Assembly: GCA_951406725.2 (NCBI GenBank)
Contig: OX597825.1
Span: 72,850,001-72,914,000 of the forward strand
DNA: 64,000 nucleotides
Direction: 5' to 3'
Source: Octopus vulgaris
Taxonomy: Eukaryota
Under the pieces are notes generated by a model. It did not search any database. It was not told the DNA's origin and saw nothing but the letters and a program-made list of their open reading frames with translations. Shown one piece after another: positions 13,305 through 26,775 of the stretch. Within the stretch, counting starts at the first letter, position 1, and every line of letters begins with the position of its first letter. The position numbers and the translations under genes were made by a program.

Positions 13305-13782
13305 TATGGGTGATAAGAACATTAAAATTGATAAAATAAAATACATTTTTGTCTTAATTATCTCTTGAAAAATCCAAAAAAATGTTATCAGTTTCTTTTT
13401 GCCAGTGGGGGGGGAAGCTATCTTGTTCAGTCAGATGCAAGATTACATGATGTTACGACACCATATATCTGCATGCAAGTTCTATTACATTCTGTAACTG
13501 CCCACCACCAACCCACTTAAACCCATGCACATACAATTTAATATCTTTACCATGAAAATCACGAGAAAAAAAATGTCAGGAAAAAAAATATATATTATAT
13601 ATTTTATCGTTATATCCAGGTTGAATCTCATTGAGGTCAACTTAACTTCCCGTCCTTCCGGTGCGATGTGAGGATAGGTGTAGGGTAGGGATGAGACAAG
13701 TACCAGTGAAGTACTAGTGTCGGTAGCATTTGGGTGATACCGTTTTGCACGAAATTATGTCACCTTGTATCCTATCTATATT

Positions 13783-14087
13783 CTTTTCTACTCTAGGCAC
13801 AAGGCCCAAAATTTTGGGGGGAGGGGGACAGTCGATTAGATCGACCCCAGTATGCAACAGGTACTTAATTTATCTACCCCGAAGGATGAAGGGCAAAGTC
13901 AACCTCGATGGAATAATAGTAATAGTAATAATAATAATAATAACAACAACAACAACAATCCTTTCTACTATAGGCACAAGGCCTAAAATTTTGGGAAAAG
14001 GGGCCAATCGATTAGATCACAACCAGTACGCAACTGGTACTTAATTTGTCAACCCTGAAAGGATGAAAGGTAAAGTCGACCTTGATG

Positions 14088-14122
<35 letters not shown>

Positions 14123-14502
14123 TTAATAATAATAATAATAATCCTTTCTACTATAGGAACAAGGCCCAAAATTTTGGGGGAGGGGGCCAATCAATTAGAT
14201 TGAGCCCAGTACGCAACTGGTACTTAGTTTATCAACCCCGAAATGATGAAAGGTAAAGTTGACCTCCACAGAATAATAATAATAATAATCCTTTCTACTA
14301 TAGGCACAAGGCCCAAAATTTTGGGGGAGGGAGCCAGTCAATTAAATCGACCCCTGTACACAATTGGTACTTAATTTATCGACCCAGAAAGGATGAAAGG
14401 CAAAGTCGACCATGGTGGAATTTGAACTCAGAATGTAAAGACAGACAAAATACCGCTGAGCATTTCGCCCAGCATGCTAATGATTCTGCCAGCTCGCCAC
14501 CT
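13783..14502 (-). mobile_element. Array of a Deu/Nin-domain tRNA SINE (family C): one full copy plus three 5'-truncated copies
   Basis: The minus strand has GCCTTTCATCCTTTCGGGGTCGATAAATTAAGTACC (Nin/Deu-like). Units start at ~13783, 13958, 14141 and 14288 and are separated by (AAT)n. Confidence 0.85.
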
Positions 14503-15654
14503 TTGTAGCCTATATTAAGAATCAATACATAATGTAAGACAATCATGTGACCACACCTAAAAAATGGTTAACCTGGCAACTTGATGTCATAGCAACAGAA
14601 AAAATAAACTATTGTGTTTAGAGCCAATATTTACAGACCCCACCCTTGTATTAGGTACACAAAAAAACATACACACACACATACATACATGCACACATCT
14701 TTTATCTTTTGTCTTCAACTCATTTCAGTCATGCTGTGGCCATGCTGGGGCACTGCCTTGAAAAATTTTCCGGCGAACTTATCAACCCCAGTACTTAATT
14801 TTTTTCTCAGCTTGGTACTTTTTGTATCAGTCAGTTTTGCTGAACTGCTAAGTTAAGAGGATGTAAACACATCAACACTGCAAGTCAAGCAGTAGTGGGA
14901 GACAAACATAGACATGCATGCACACACACTCACAAGCACGCATGTGTGCACACTCACACACACACACACACGTGCACAAACACATGCATGCATGCACGCA
15001 CTCACACACACACAAGCACGCATGTATGCACACTCACACACACGTGCACAAACACATGCATGCATGCACGCACTCACACACACATACTCACACACACAAG
15101 CACGCATGTATACATACTCATGCACACACGCGTGCACACAAACACATGCATGCATGCTTGCACGCACTCACACACACACATGTATACATACTCACACACA
15201 CACACACACACGTGTACAAACACACACATGCATGCATGCACTCACACACACACGCGTGTGCACACACACACACACACGAACACACACAATTTCAGGTTCT
15301 GTCTCTCAAATCCACTCACAAGGCTTTGGTCAGCCTGAGGCTACATTACAGCTGTCCAGGGTCCATTTCTCTGTTTCTGGCAGGATTTCTACAGCTGGAT
15401 GCCCTTCTTAGTGCCAACCACTTTACAAAGTATGCTGGGAGTTTTTTAAATGCCGCCAGCATGGGTGATCTCATGTGGCGCCGGCTAAGAGCATCGTACA
15501 TGGCACTAGCATCAATGCATTGCATGTGGCACAGGTATGAGTGCATTGCATGTGGAACCAGTACCTGCAAGACAAAGACTTCTCAATTGGGAGAGGAAAG
15601 GAAGTGGAGGCATGACCATAAAGGATATATTTGAATATTTGTTATCTGCGTCGC

Positions 15655-16000
15655 CTTACTGGCACTTGTGCTGGTGGCACGTGAAAAAACATTCGAGCGA
15701 GGTCGTTGCCAGTGCCGCTGGACTGGCTCCTGTGCACGTGGCACATAAAATAAACACCATTTGAGCATGACCGTTGCCAGTACCGCCTGACTGGCCCTCG
15801 TGCCGGTGGCACGTAAAAGCACCCACTACACTCTCGGAGTGGTTGGCGTTGGGAAGGGCATCCAGCTGTAGAACTCTGCCAGATCAGATTGGAGTCTGGT
15901 GCGGCCATCTGGTTCGCCAGTCCTCAGTCAAATCGTCCAACCAATGCCAGCATGGAAAGCAGACGTTAAATGATGATGATGATGATGATGATGATGATGT
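15655..16000 (+). mobile_element. Family D RTE-related retroposon with three diverged ~60-bp GTGGCAC modules and a (GAT)n tail
   Basis: GTGGCACGTAAAAGCACCCACTACACTCTCGGAGTGGTTGGCGTTGGGAAGGGCATCCAG...GACGTTAAATGATGAT. Confidence 0.8.
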
Positions 16001-16230
16001 AGATGGCTGTGATTTTACTTAGCTTGATGTGTCTTCTCAAATACAGTAAATACACCCACACCCACAACTGCAGTAAATACACCCACACCCACAACTGCAA
16101 TCAACAGAGTGGGAGAGAGAGAGAAAGAGAGAGAGAGAGACTGACAGACAGACATATTGACCAAAATACAGCTGGAAATCTTTTACACTTGACCTTGATC
16201 TTGCAATCCAATCAAAATTGAGTGCAAAAT

Positions 16231-16470
16231 ATATCTCTAATTAGAGTATTGTTATATCTAAAAAGACTCCGTTAAATCTAATGAGACATCGTTATATCTA
16301 ATGAGGCTTCATTACATCTAACGGGACTTCGTTATTTGTAATAGAGTATGGTTATTTCTAACAAAATTTCATTTATATCTAACAGGATTTTGTTTTATAT
16401 CTAATAAGCCTTCTTTATATTTAACAGGGATTTTGTTGTGTCTAAAATGGGCTTTGTTATGTCTAAAGGG
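16231..16470. repeat. Degenerate 20-bp tandem repeat (GTTATATCTAA core, ~12 units)
   Basis: The core is at 16251, 16271, 16291, 16311, 16331 and 16351, then drifts out of phase. Confidence 0.8.
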
Positions 16471-16712
16471 AACCCACTTCATATTACTCTTTTACTTGTT
16501 TCAGTCATTTGACTGTGGCCATGCTGGAGCACCGCCTTTAGTCGAGCAAATCGACCTCAGCACTTATTCTTTGTAAGCCTAGTACTTTTTTTCTATTGGT
16601 CTCTTTTGCCAAACTGCTAAGTTACAGCGACGTAAACACACACCAGCATCGGTTGTCAAGCGATGTTGGGAAGGCAGGGTGGGGCAAACACAGACAAGGA
16701 ATAGAAAAAAGT

Positions 16713-16748
16713 CTTTTACGTTTCGAGCCTATGCTCTTCTACAGAAAG
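16713..16748 (-). ncRNA. Hammerhead-like motif with variant core (CUGUAGA)
   Basis: CTTT-CTGTAGA-A-GAGC-ATAG-GCTC-GAAA-CGT-A-AAAG: stems I and II pair and stem III is the palindrome ACGT. A degenerate inverted copy lies at 16908-16943. Confidence 0.55.
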
Positions 16749-17157
16749 GGACACAGAAATAAAAACAAGGAGAGAAAAAAAAATGAGAGAAAAATGTGTG
16801 TAGTGGACACATATATACAAAGCTTTATGCATAATTGTGAATCCAGGCACATTTATTCCTTCTCACTTCATTTCTTTCTTCTCTCCATCTGTTTTCTTTC
16901 CTCATTCCTTTCCGTAGAAGAGCATAGGTTCGAAACATTAAAGACTCTTCCATTTTCTCAAAGCGTCAAACTAATACGGCTTGTTTGTTGCTCCTTCACC
17001 TGTCACTGTCTTTTGTTTTTGTTTTTTAATACATTTCTGAACCATATATATCATACACACTTACACACACACACACACAACACACAAAACAGTCTTTGAA
17101 ATTTAATCAAAATAAAATTCTGACCTCTATGATATTATTTCAAAGATATAAACCTTT

Positions 17158-17276
<119 letters not shown>

Positions 17277-17598
17277 GAATAAAAATAATAATAAAAAAAC
17301 TGACCTGGATAAGCTTCAGGTCACAAGGAAATGAACTTTCAACATCAGACAAATTGTTGGAGTTTAACAAAGAGAAATTTTAACAACCCACAGTCCTATT
17401 TATTTAATATCCTGGGGAGATCTTTCTCCTTAGGCCTTTATTGTCTTTCACAACAAGCCAGCCTTTTTGATTCCGTACACACATACACATATTTTATTTG
17501 TGTGTGTGCGCGCACACATCTCTCTCTCTCTCCACATACACCTATATACAAATACGCATACATTTTATATATACACATGCATTACATATATATATTAT

Positions 17599-17712
<114 letters not shown>

Positions 17713-17999
17713 ATATGTATATGTATATGTATATGTATATGCACAGACATACATACATACAAACATGGATACGTGTGCATATATGTGTGTGTGCATGTGT
17801 GTGTGTGTGTGTGTGTATGTGTGAGAGTGTGACAGTATATCTGTTGTCTGTATGTGTAATAAAACGAAAGTATATGTATGTAGAAGGATAATTATGCATT
17901 TTTTAAAGAGAGAAATCAAAAGCAAAAAAGAAAAATGTTTATGATGATGACGATGACGATGATGATGATAACAATAATAACAATAATAATAATAACAAT

Positions 18000-18047
<48 letters not shown>

Positions 18048-18056
18048 AACAATAAC

Positions 18057-18095
<39 letters not shown>

Positions 18096-18099
18096 TATT

Positions 18100-18330
18100 A
18101 ATTCTTTTTATTGGCCACAAGGGCTGACAAATATGATTGGAAAACACAAAGGGACAAAACAGGACGAAAGGTTACAAAAGGTTTTGTCCGTTTGTGAAAA
18201 AAAAAAAAACGAGTAAAAAGCAGTTTAACAATCAAAATTTTAACAACGGAAAACTCCCAATAGAGGAGACGCTTCGAAAAAAGAAAAGGTCTCACATGGA
18301 AAAACCCATAAAAGCCACGGGAGCCTGATC
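18100..18330 (-). mobile_element. Probable LINE 3' UTR fragment sharing its terminus with SINE subfamily C2
   Basis: The minus strand ends GTCCTGTTTTGTCCCTTTGTG...AGCCCTTGTGGCCAATAAAAAG. The C2 tail is GTCCTTGTTTGTCCCCTCTGTG-TTTAGCCCCTTGTGGGCAATAAAG. Confidence 0.5.
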
Positions 18331-19221
18331 AATAATAATAATTCTTTTTTACTGTGGACAAAAAGGGCCTGAAACTTCGTGGGGAGAGAGCAAATCAATT
18401 CCATCGACCCTGGTGCTTAACTTGGGGCTCTAAGACAAGACCTACCAATGGTTTCATGCAGAAGAAGTGAACTTGAAGTCATGTGGTAGCAAAGTTAACT
18501 TCTTAACTACATAGTCATGCTTGCATCAAGCTTGCTTGCCAACCATGTGGTCTTAGGTTCTGTCCCACTGCACGGCACCTTTGGCAAGTATCGTCTACTA
18601 TAGGCCAGCCCAACCAAACCCTTGTTTGTGGGTTTGGTGTTCTTTTACTTGTTTCAGTCATTTAACTGCAGCCATACTGGAGCACCACCTTTGGTCAAGA
18701 AAATCGTCCCCAAGACTTAGTCTTTGTAAGCTTAGTACTTATTCTATCGGTCACTTTTGCCAAACCGCTAAGTTACGAGGACATAAACACACCAACATCA
18801 GCTGAATGTTACGTTCTGAGTTCAAATTCCGCCGAGGTCGGCTTTGCCTTTCATCCTTTCAGGGTCGATAAATTAAGTACCAGTTACACACAGGGGTCAA
18901 TATCTGTCCTTATTTGTCCCCTCTATGTTTAGCCCCTTGTGGGCAACAAAGAAATAAGAAGTATTTTTTTAAGTCTGGTACTTATTCTATCAATTCCTTT
19001 GTTGAATGGCTAAGTAACAGGGGCATAAACACACCAGCATCAGTTGTCAAGGTGTGGGTATGTGTGGACATACACATGCACACACAAACACACACATATG
19101 ATGGGCTTCTTTCAGTTTCCATTCACAAGGATTTGATGAGCCTGAAGCTATAGTAGAAGAGACTTGCCCAAGCTTCCATGCAGTGGGACTGAACCTCAAC
19201 CAAGTGGCTGGGAAGCAAGCT

Positions 19222-19626
19222 TCTTATTTCTTTGTTGCCCACAAGAGGCTAAACACAGAGGGGACAAATAAAGACAGACAAAGGGATTAAGTCCATCAAC
19301 CCCAGTGCGTAACTAGTACTTAATTTATAGACCCCGAAAGGATGAAAGGCAAAATCGACCTCGACAGAATTTGAATTCAGAACATACCGGCAGACGAAAT
19401 ACCTATTTCTTTATTACCCACAAGGGGCTAAACACAGAGGGGACAAACAAGGACAGACATAGGTATTAAGTCGATTACATCGACCCCAGTGTGTAACTGG
19501 TACTTAATTTATCGATCCCGAAAAGATGAAAGGCAAAGTCGACCTTTGAACTCAGAACGTAACGGCAGACAAAATACCGCTAAGCATTTCGCCCAGCGTG
19601 CTAACATTTCCGACAGTTCGCCACCT
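19222..19626 (-). mobile_element. Tandem dimer of SINE subfamily C2 nested in a family A SINE head
   Basis: The host reads GCAAGCTTCTTA ... TTCTTACCACACAGCC around the insert, a short TTCTTA duplication. Confidence 0.8.
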
Positions 19627-20289
19627 TCTTACCACACAGCCATGCTCGAACCAATCATACTTTAACCTCTTGTCACATGGCATGAAGCCATCTCTATCAA
19701 TACCACTGTGTCCTCCAATTGTGATGGGCCTTGTCATGCAATTTTCTTGGTGACCCCTCTGGTGCAGGTGCCACATAGAAAACACACCCAGTATATTTTG
19801 TAAAGTAGTTGGTGTTAGGAAGGGCATCCAGCCATAGAAACCATACCAAAGAAGAAATTTGAGCTATGCACAGCCCCTTTGCTCACAAGCTTGTGTAAAA
19901 CCATCCATTTCATGCCAACATGGAAAACAAAAATGGACGTTGAGTGGTTACAACAATGGTAATTTCCAAAGAGTACAAATTGGATTCTTTTTCTTTTTTT
20001 TTTCTGTGGTTGTAATAAAACAAAAATGAGGACTGCAGCTGTAAAAATCTATCACACGCACACACACACCACTCTCCCCCCCTCTCTCTCTATCTATTTC
20101 TCACACACAAACACGCACACACACACATGCAAATACCCTTCTTCCATACACACATACACACTTGAAGATTTGCTAAGTCATTTTCGTTTTAAATAAAGGA
20201 AAATAAAATGCATTTTAAAGCAAGTTTTATGTTGGGTTTTGTTCATTTAATGTTTTTAATTTAATGCTTTTTTTTATCATTTCTATTAA

Positions 20290-20340
<51 letters not shown>

Positions 20341-20605
20341 TATTCAAATGTATGTATATGTTTGTGTGCATATGTATATATATATATGCATATGTATATA
20401 TATATGCATGTGTATATATACACATGTATATATATATATGCATATGTATATATATATATATGCATGTGTGTGTGTATATATATGTATATATATATATGCA
20501 TATGTATATATATAATATATATGCATGTGTGTATATATATGTATGCATATGTGTATACATATATATATATGCTTATGTGTATATATATATATATATATAT
20601 GCATA

Positions 20606-20638
<33 letters not shown>

Positions 20639-20647
20639 GCATATGTG

Positions 20648-20696
<49 letters not shown>

Positions 20697-20714
20697 ATAT
20701 GTATATATATATAT

Positions 20715-20760
<46 letters not shown>

Positions 20761-21184
20761 TGTAAATGGCAGTGCATCAGCATGGCCACAGCTCTGAGCT
20801 GAAACTACAGAAAAAAATATATATATATGTATATAAATATACACACACACACACACACACATACACACATGTATAAATGCATACATATATATATGTACAT
20901 ATGTATATTCATGTAGGAATGTATGTATATTATTTCAAAAAAGATGAACAATGTTTTGATTTATAGTACTTGTCTTTGAGATGGTATTTATTTATAACAT
21001 GGCGTATGTGTACAATATATATATATATATATACATATATGTATGTATGTATGTAAAGTATGTATGTATGTATGTATGCATGTATGTATGTATGTATGCA
21101 TGTATGTGTATATGTATGTATGTATGTGTATATGTATGTATGTATGTATGTGTAAATGTACTTATGTATGTATGCATGTATGTG

Positions 21185-21216
<32 letters not shown>

Positions 21217-21275
21217 TGTGTGTGTGTATATATATATATGTATATATGTATATATAACATATACATGTGTATATG
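20290..21275. repeat. Compound (TA)n/(TATG)n/(GATA)n microsatellite field
   Basis: Direct inspection. Confidence 0.95.
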
Positions 21276-21429
21276 AGATAACAGACTTCAAACGAACTGT
21301 AGTAGTTGATATAATACATTTTTTTCATTTTTAGTTTTTAATTTTACTTAATTATATTTTTTTTTCTATACTATTTTAGTATTCAAACCTGTTTTGTAAA
21401 TGTTACATTTGAACAACCATTACAAGCCG

Positions 21430-22344
21430 TCATCACCACAAACACCACCACCACCACTACCATTACCAACACTGCCATCCCTACCACTATCTCTACCACT
21501 ACCAACACCACCATCACTACCACCACTACTAGTACTACCACCACCACCAACATCACCAACAACACTACCACCACCACTGCCATTACCGCCACTATCATCA
21601 CTAGTACTACCACCACTCCCACCAACAACGATACCACCATCTTTACTACAACCACCACCACTACCACCAACACCACCAACACTACCACCAACACTACCAC
21701 CACCACTATCATCACTACTAGTATCTCTACCACTACCAACACCACCATCACTACCACCACTACTAGCACTACCACCAGCTACAGCACTACCACCAACACC
21801 AACAACACTACCACCACCACCACCATTACCACCACTATCATCACTACTACTACCACCACTCCCACCAACGATACCATCTTTACTACAACCACCACTACTA
21901 CCACCAACACCACCAACACTACCACCAACACTACCACCACTCCCACCAACGATACCACCATCTTTACTACAACCACCACCACTACCACCAACACCACCAA
22001 CAACACTACCACCACCACTATCATCACTAGTACTACCACCACTCCCACCAACAATGATACCACCATCTTTACTACAACCACCACCACTACCACCAACACC
22101 ACCAACACTACCACCACCACTATCATCACTAGTACTACCACCACTCCCACCAACAACAACGCTACCACCATCTTTACTACAACCACGACCACCAATACTA
22201 CCACAATTACCACCACTATCATCACTACAACCACCACCACCACCACCATCATCATTACCATTATCACTACCACCACCACCACTACCACCACACTACTACC
22301 ACCACACTACTACCACCACTACTACCATCACCATCACTGCCACT

Positions 22345-22375
<31 letters not shown>

Positions 22376-22390
22376 TCACTGCCATCAACA
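21430..22390. repeat. Imperfect (CAC/CTA)n trinucleotide tract with internal block duplications
   Basis: The block CTCCCACCAAC..GATACCACCATCTTTACTACAACCACC recurs five times. Confidence 0.9.
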
Positions 22391-22655
22391 TAATTTTTAC
22401 TCAATGTAAGTAAAATACCACTACTACTGCTACTACATACCTTGATATAAAAATTTGGAGAAATAACTGATTCATTAAGTGGCTGCAGACATTGGCCCTA
22501 AGTTCGAGTTTCACTCCTAAACATTTAGTTCCAGGTTCAATCCCACACCAAATGCCACTTGAGACAAATGGCTACACTTATAGTTGCAGGTTCACCAAGT
22601 CACCAACCATGTTTGTTGTTGAATGAAATGCGATAGACAGAAAGGTATGTTAAGT

Positions 22656-22695
<40 letters not shown>

Positions 22696-23904
22696 AGAGA
22701 GAGAGAGAGAGGAGCAGATAGACAGATAGACAGACAGACAGACAGGCACAGAGAGAGTGCATGAGAGAGTGAGTATGTGTGAGAGTGTGTGAAAGTGTGT
22801 ATGTGATAAGAGTATGTAAGAGTGTGAGAGAGAAAAAGAGAGAATTATGTGTAAGAGAGTGTGTGTATGTGTGTGTGTTAGAGAGAGAGAGAGAGAGAGA
22901 GAGTGGCAGACGGACAGACAGACAGGCAGAGAGAGAGAGAGTGCATGAGAGAGTATGTGTGAGAGTGTGTGAAAGTGTGTATGTGATAAGAGTACGTAAG
23001 AGTGTGAGAGAGAAAAAGAGAGAATGTGAGCATGTGTGTGTGAGAGAGTGTGTGTGTATGTGTATGTTTGTGTGTATGTGCATGTCAGAGACAGAGACAG
23101 AGAGAGAGAGAGAGAGAGAGTGCATGTCAGGGAGAACGTGTGAGAGTGTGTGTATGTGAGAGAGAGTGTATGTGTATGTGAAAGAGAGTGTGTGAGAGAG
23201 AGAGAGAGACAGACAGACAAAGAGACAGAGAGACAGAGAAAGAGAGAGTGCATGTGTATGTGCGTGTATGTTTGTGTGTGTGTGTCAGAGAGACAGAGAA
23301 AGAGAGTGCATGTGAGAGAGTATGTGTGTGAATGTGAGAGAATGTGTATTTGAGAGAGAGATTGTGTGTGTGTGTGTGTGTGTGTGCATGTGTGTGTGTG
23401 TGCCTTTGTGTCTATTTGTCCTCCACTACAGCTTGACAACAGGTGTTTGTGTGTTTATGTCGCCGTAACTTAACAGTTCAGCAATAGAGATCAATAGAAT
23501 AAGTTACTAGGCTTTAAAGAAAGTACTGGAATTGAGTCATGTGACTAAAAATTCTTGAAGACGGTGCCCCAGCATGGCCACAGTCTATAATGACTGAAAC
23601 AAGTATAAGATGAAGAATAAAAGATACGTGATTATATATCTGCATGTGTGTGTGTGTGTGCATGCATGCAAGTGTGTGTGTGTGCACATGTGCATATAGA
23701 TATGCATGTGTATGTATCATCATCATCATTGGGAGGTGGATGGGGTGGGAGGAGCGGAGAGGAGAGTGGGTGGTGGAGAGTGTGGGGAGGAGAGTGGGTG
23801 GTGGGGAGTGGGTGGTGGAGGGGAGTGGGAGGTGTAGGGGAGTGGGAGGTGGAGGGAATGTAGTGGATGGCCACAAGAAGAGGGAGGGGTGCTAGGAGGA
23901 AATT

Positions 23905-24140
23905 TTATTTCTTTATATTGCCCACAAGGGGCTAAACACAGAGGGGACAAACAAGGACAGACAAAGGGATTAAGTCGATTACATCGACCCCAGTGCGTAA
24001 CTGGTCCTTAATTTATCGACCCCCGAGAGGATGAAAGGCAAAGTCGACCTCGGCGGAATTTGAACTCAGAACGTAGCGGCAGACGAAATACCACTAAGCA
24101 TTTCGCCCGTTGTGCTAACGTTTCTGCCAGCTTGCCACCT
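23905..24140 (-). mobile_element. Full-length SINE subfamily C2
   Basis: Head AGGTGGCAAGCTGGCAGAAACGTTAG, B box GAGTTCAAATTCC, Nin-like core and C2 tail. Confidence 0.9.
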
Positions 24141-24898
24141 TTGAGACATCTTGCCAGAAAATATGGTAATATGTCTGAAAAATGAAAGACGAGATGGTCA
24201 TAGCTGGAACAGTTCTGATCACAGGTCTGCTGGGTTTGAGGTGACCTTGGGCTAAACAACAGTAACAACACACATAAAGGGAATGTTTAAACTCATTTAC
24301 TCTTACTTCCATAAAAACTAGGACACACGGACACACACACAAATAAACTCACATACACACACACATTTTCCTATAAAGAACCCATAAAGTTTTATTATTG
24401 AAATTTAACAACTCTGCACCACCCAGGCGACGTCCCTCCCTCCTCCATGCCACCAGAATATCATACATGCCTCACCACCCCAAACCAAAGGACAAATTAA
24501 TAAAAGCAATAACCCATTGACTATACCCAACGGGGGGGGGTGACAGGGGGAGTAGAGCAGGGGGATGGCCTAAGTAGATATGGTGGGGGAGTGGGGGTAC
24601 TTAGGGTGGATTGAGTGTGGAGTGCCTAGGTGGATGGGTAGGGGAAGGATGGGGGTGGTTAAGGAGATATAAAGTGGATGGGGTTTGAGGTGACCAAAAT
24701 GTATGTATGACTTGTACATACACACATATATCAATATGCATACATATATATATACACATACATAAACACACATGTGTATATATAAACATACATGCATACT
24801 TATATATTCACAAACATGCATATACATATATACATACAAATACACAGAAACCTATAACCATAAATGGATACATACATACATACACACAAATATATACA

Positions 24899-24958
<60 letters not shown>

Positions 24959-24969
24959 TATATAGATAC

Positions 24970-25004
<35 letters not shown>

Positions 25005-25061
25005 TAGATATAGATATAGATATATATATATATATAGATATAGATATCTTACATATATTCA

Positions 25062-25450
25062 CGCAGGAGTGGCTGTGTGGTAAGGAGCTTGCTTACAAAA
25101 CCACATGGTTCCGGGTTCAGTCCCACTGCGTGGCACCTTGGGTAAGTGTCTTCTACTATAGCTTCGGGCCAACCAAAGCCTTGTGAGTGGATTTGGTGGA
25201 TGGAAACTGAAAGAAGCCCATCATATATATACCTGTGTGTGTGTATATATATTTGTGTGTCTGTGTTTGTCCCCCCAACATCACTTGACAACCGATGCTG
25301 GTGTGTTTACATCCCCGTAACTTAGCAGTTCGGCAAAAGAGACTGATAGAATAAAATAAGTCATGGGGGTTAATTTGCTCGACTAAAGGCAGTGCTCCAG
25401 CATGGCCACAGTCAAATGACTGAAACAAGTAAAAGAATAAAAGAATAAAG
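25062..25450 (+). mobile_element. Family A SINE, full length
   Basis: Matches the family A consensus end to end. Confidence 0.9.
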
Positions 25451-25461
25451 TTGGTCTATCC

Positions 25462-25803
25462 CCGTGGTTCTCAACCATTTTTTACCTTAGGACCCCTTTG
25501 ATTACTATTTTATTCTGGTGGACCCCCCACAGTTTCTCAATGCTTAAAAACTAGTTTTATAGAAATGTCTTTCAAAATTCCTATTTCGTTTTTCACACAT
25601 TCCCTTGTGCAAGTTCAACTATGTAAAACATTAGAGAAAGAAACCTAGCTGTTTGTTCCAATAAATACATGTAAATCAAAATTTTTTCGTGGATCCTTCA
25701 TATACTACTGTGTGTACCCAATTTACTACTTTGCATGCAAGGACCCTCAAAAATCTTATATGGACACCCCAGGAACCACCTGGATCCCAGTTGAGAACCA
25801 CTG
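25462..25803 (+). mobile_element. hAT/Charlie-type MITE
   Basis: TIRs CCGTGGTTCTCAAC / GTTGAGAACCACTG, with a second copy at 1372-1665. The TSD has decayed. Confidence 0.8.
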
Positions 25804-25889
25804 GTTACATCACTAAATCTAGAGGATATTAACACAAAATCTGAGGATATTTACACAATGTGTTCATAGATAGCTGAAGGGTTGGATCA

Positions 25890-25934
25890 GGTGCTGATGA
25901 GAGGACAATAATCCTCGAAATATGCATATACACT
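25890..25934 (+). ncRNA. Minimal type I hammerhead ribozyme, canonical core
   Basis: GGTG-CTGATGA-GAGGA-CAATAA-TCCTC-GAAA-TATGCATAT-A-CACT: all three stems pair and the predicted cleavage is AUA after 25930. Confidence 0.8.
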
Positions 25935-26119
25935 CAATACCTATTTTTCTATTTCCAATCACACTGTTTACATAGCTGTATTTGTTTACAAAGCATCATA
26001 ACTTACAGTGCTGTCTCTAAACTCAATAGAAAACCCACCATTTTACAGAGTGTTTTCGGCGCTTTTTACATGGCACCAGCAGTAGGATTACACATTGTTG
26101 TCAGCTGAGTGGACTAGAG

Positions 26120-26320
26120 CAGTGCTTTTCAAACTTTTTACTGGAGCGGAACCACAAGGAAACATTCCACTGGCTCGGGGAACCCCTGTGCAATAATTTA
26201 ATAGTCTTATGCACACATATCTGCACAGGAGAATTTAAAATTACTACCGATTTTAGCAGTTTTGTAACTTCTTGTGGAACCCCTGGACTGTACTGGCGGA
26301 ACCCTGGTTGAAAAGCACTG
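26120..26320 (+). mobile_element. 201-bp hAT MITE with perfect 8-bp TSD, nested in an old SINE
   Basis: TIR CAGTGCTTTTCAA / TTGAAAAGCACTG. TSD GACTAGAG at 26112-26119 and 26321-26328. Confidence 0.95.
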
Positions 26321-26715
26321 GACTAGAGCAATGACAATGAAAAATGAAGTGTTTTGCTCAAAAATACAATGCACTGCCCTGTCCAGGAATGGAAACCACA
26401 ATCTTACAGTCACGTGTTCAACACTTTAACCACTAAACTATGTATCTCCATAATATAAACTAGACATCTTTCAAAATAAAAATAGTTTCAAACATAATAT
26501 TCCTCAATAAAATGCTGATTGGTAAACAAAACCTCCCTCCGCAGTTAAGGTTAATGAAATTTCTAACAGATATATCTGTTTTTTGCAGTGAAGAGGTTAA
26601 AATAATGACTTCCAATAAAACATAATATATAAATTCCAATCAATATATCTTGTTAATTAATAGCTTTTCTGACATACAATTACAGCAGATAATTAACTTT
26701 CAGGGAGTTACTCAC

Positions 26716-26775
26716 CATCACCCGCAACCATCTCCATTCCAAGCCAATATGGGAGCCTCTATGTAGTCAAGGGAG
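26716..26775 (-). other. Candidate small exon, possibly containing a start codon (MEMVAGD)
   Basis: Unique sequence between the acceptor CTATTTCTGTTAG and the donor G|GTGAGT. The ATG is in a GGAATGG context. No homology recognised. Confidence 0.3.

Noticed and set aside
21400-22413. 337-aa proline-rich ORF
   Set aside because: Trinucleotide low-complexity tract, open on both strands, with no splice or domain evidence.
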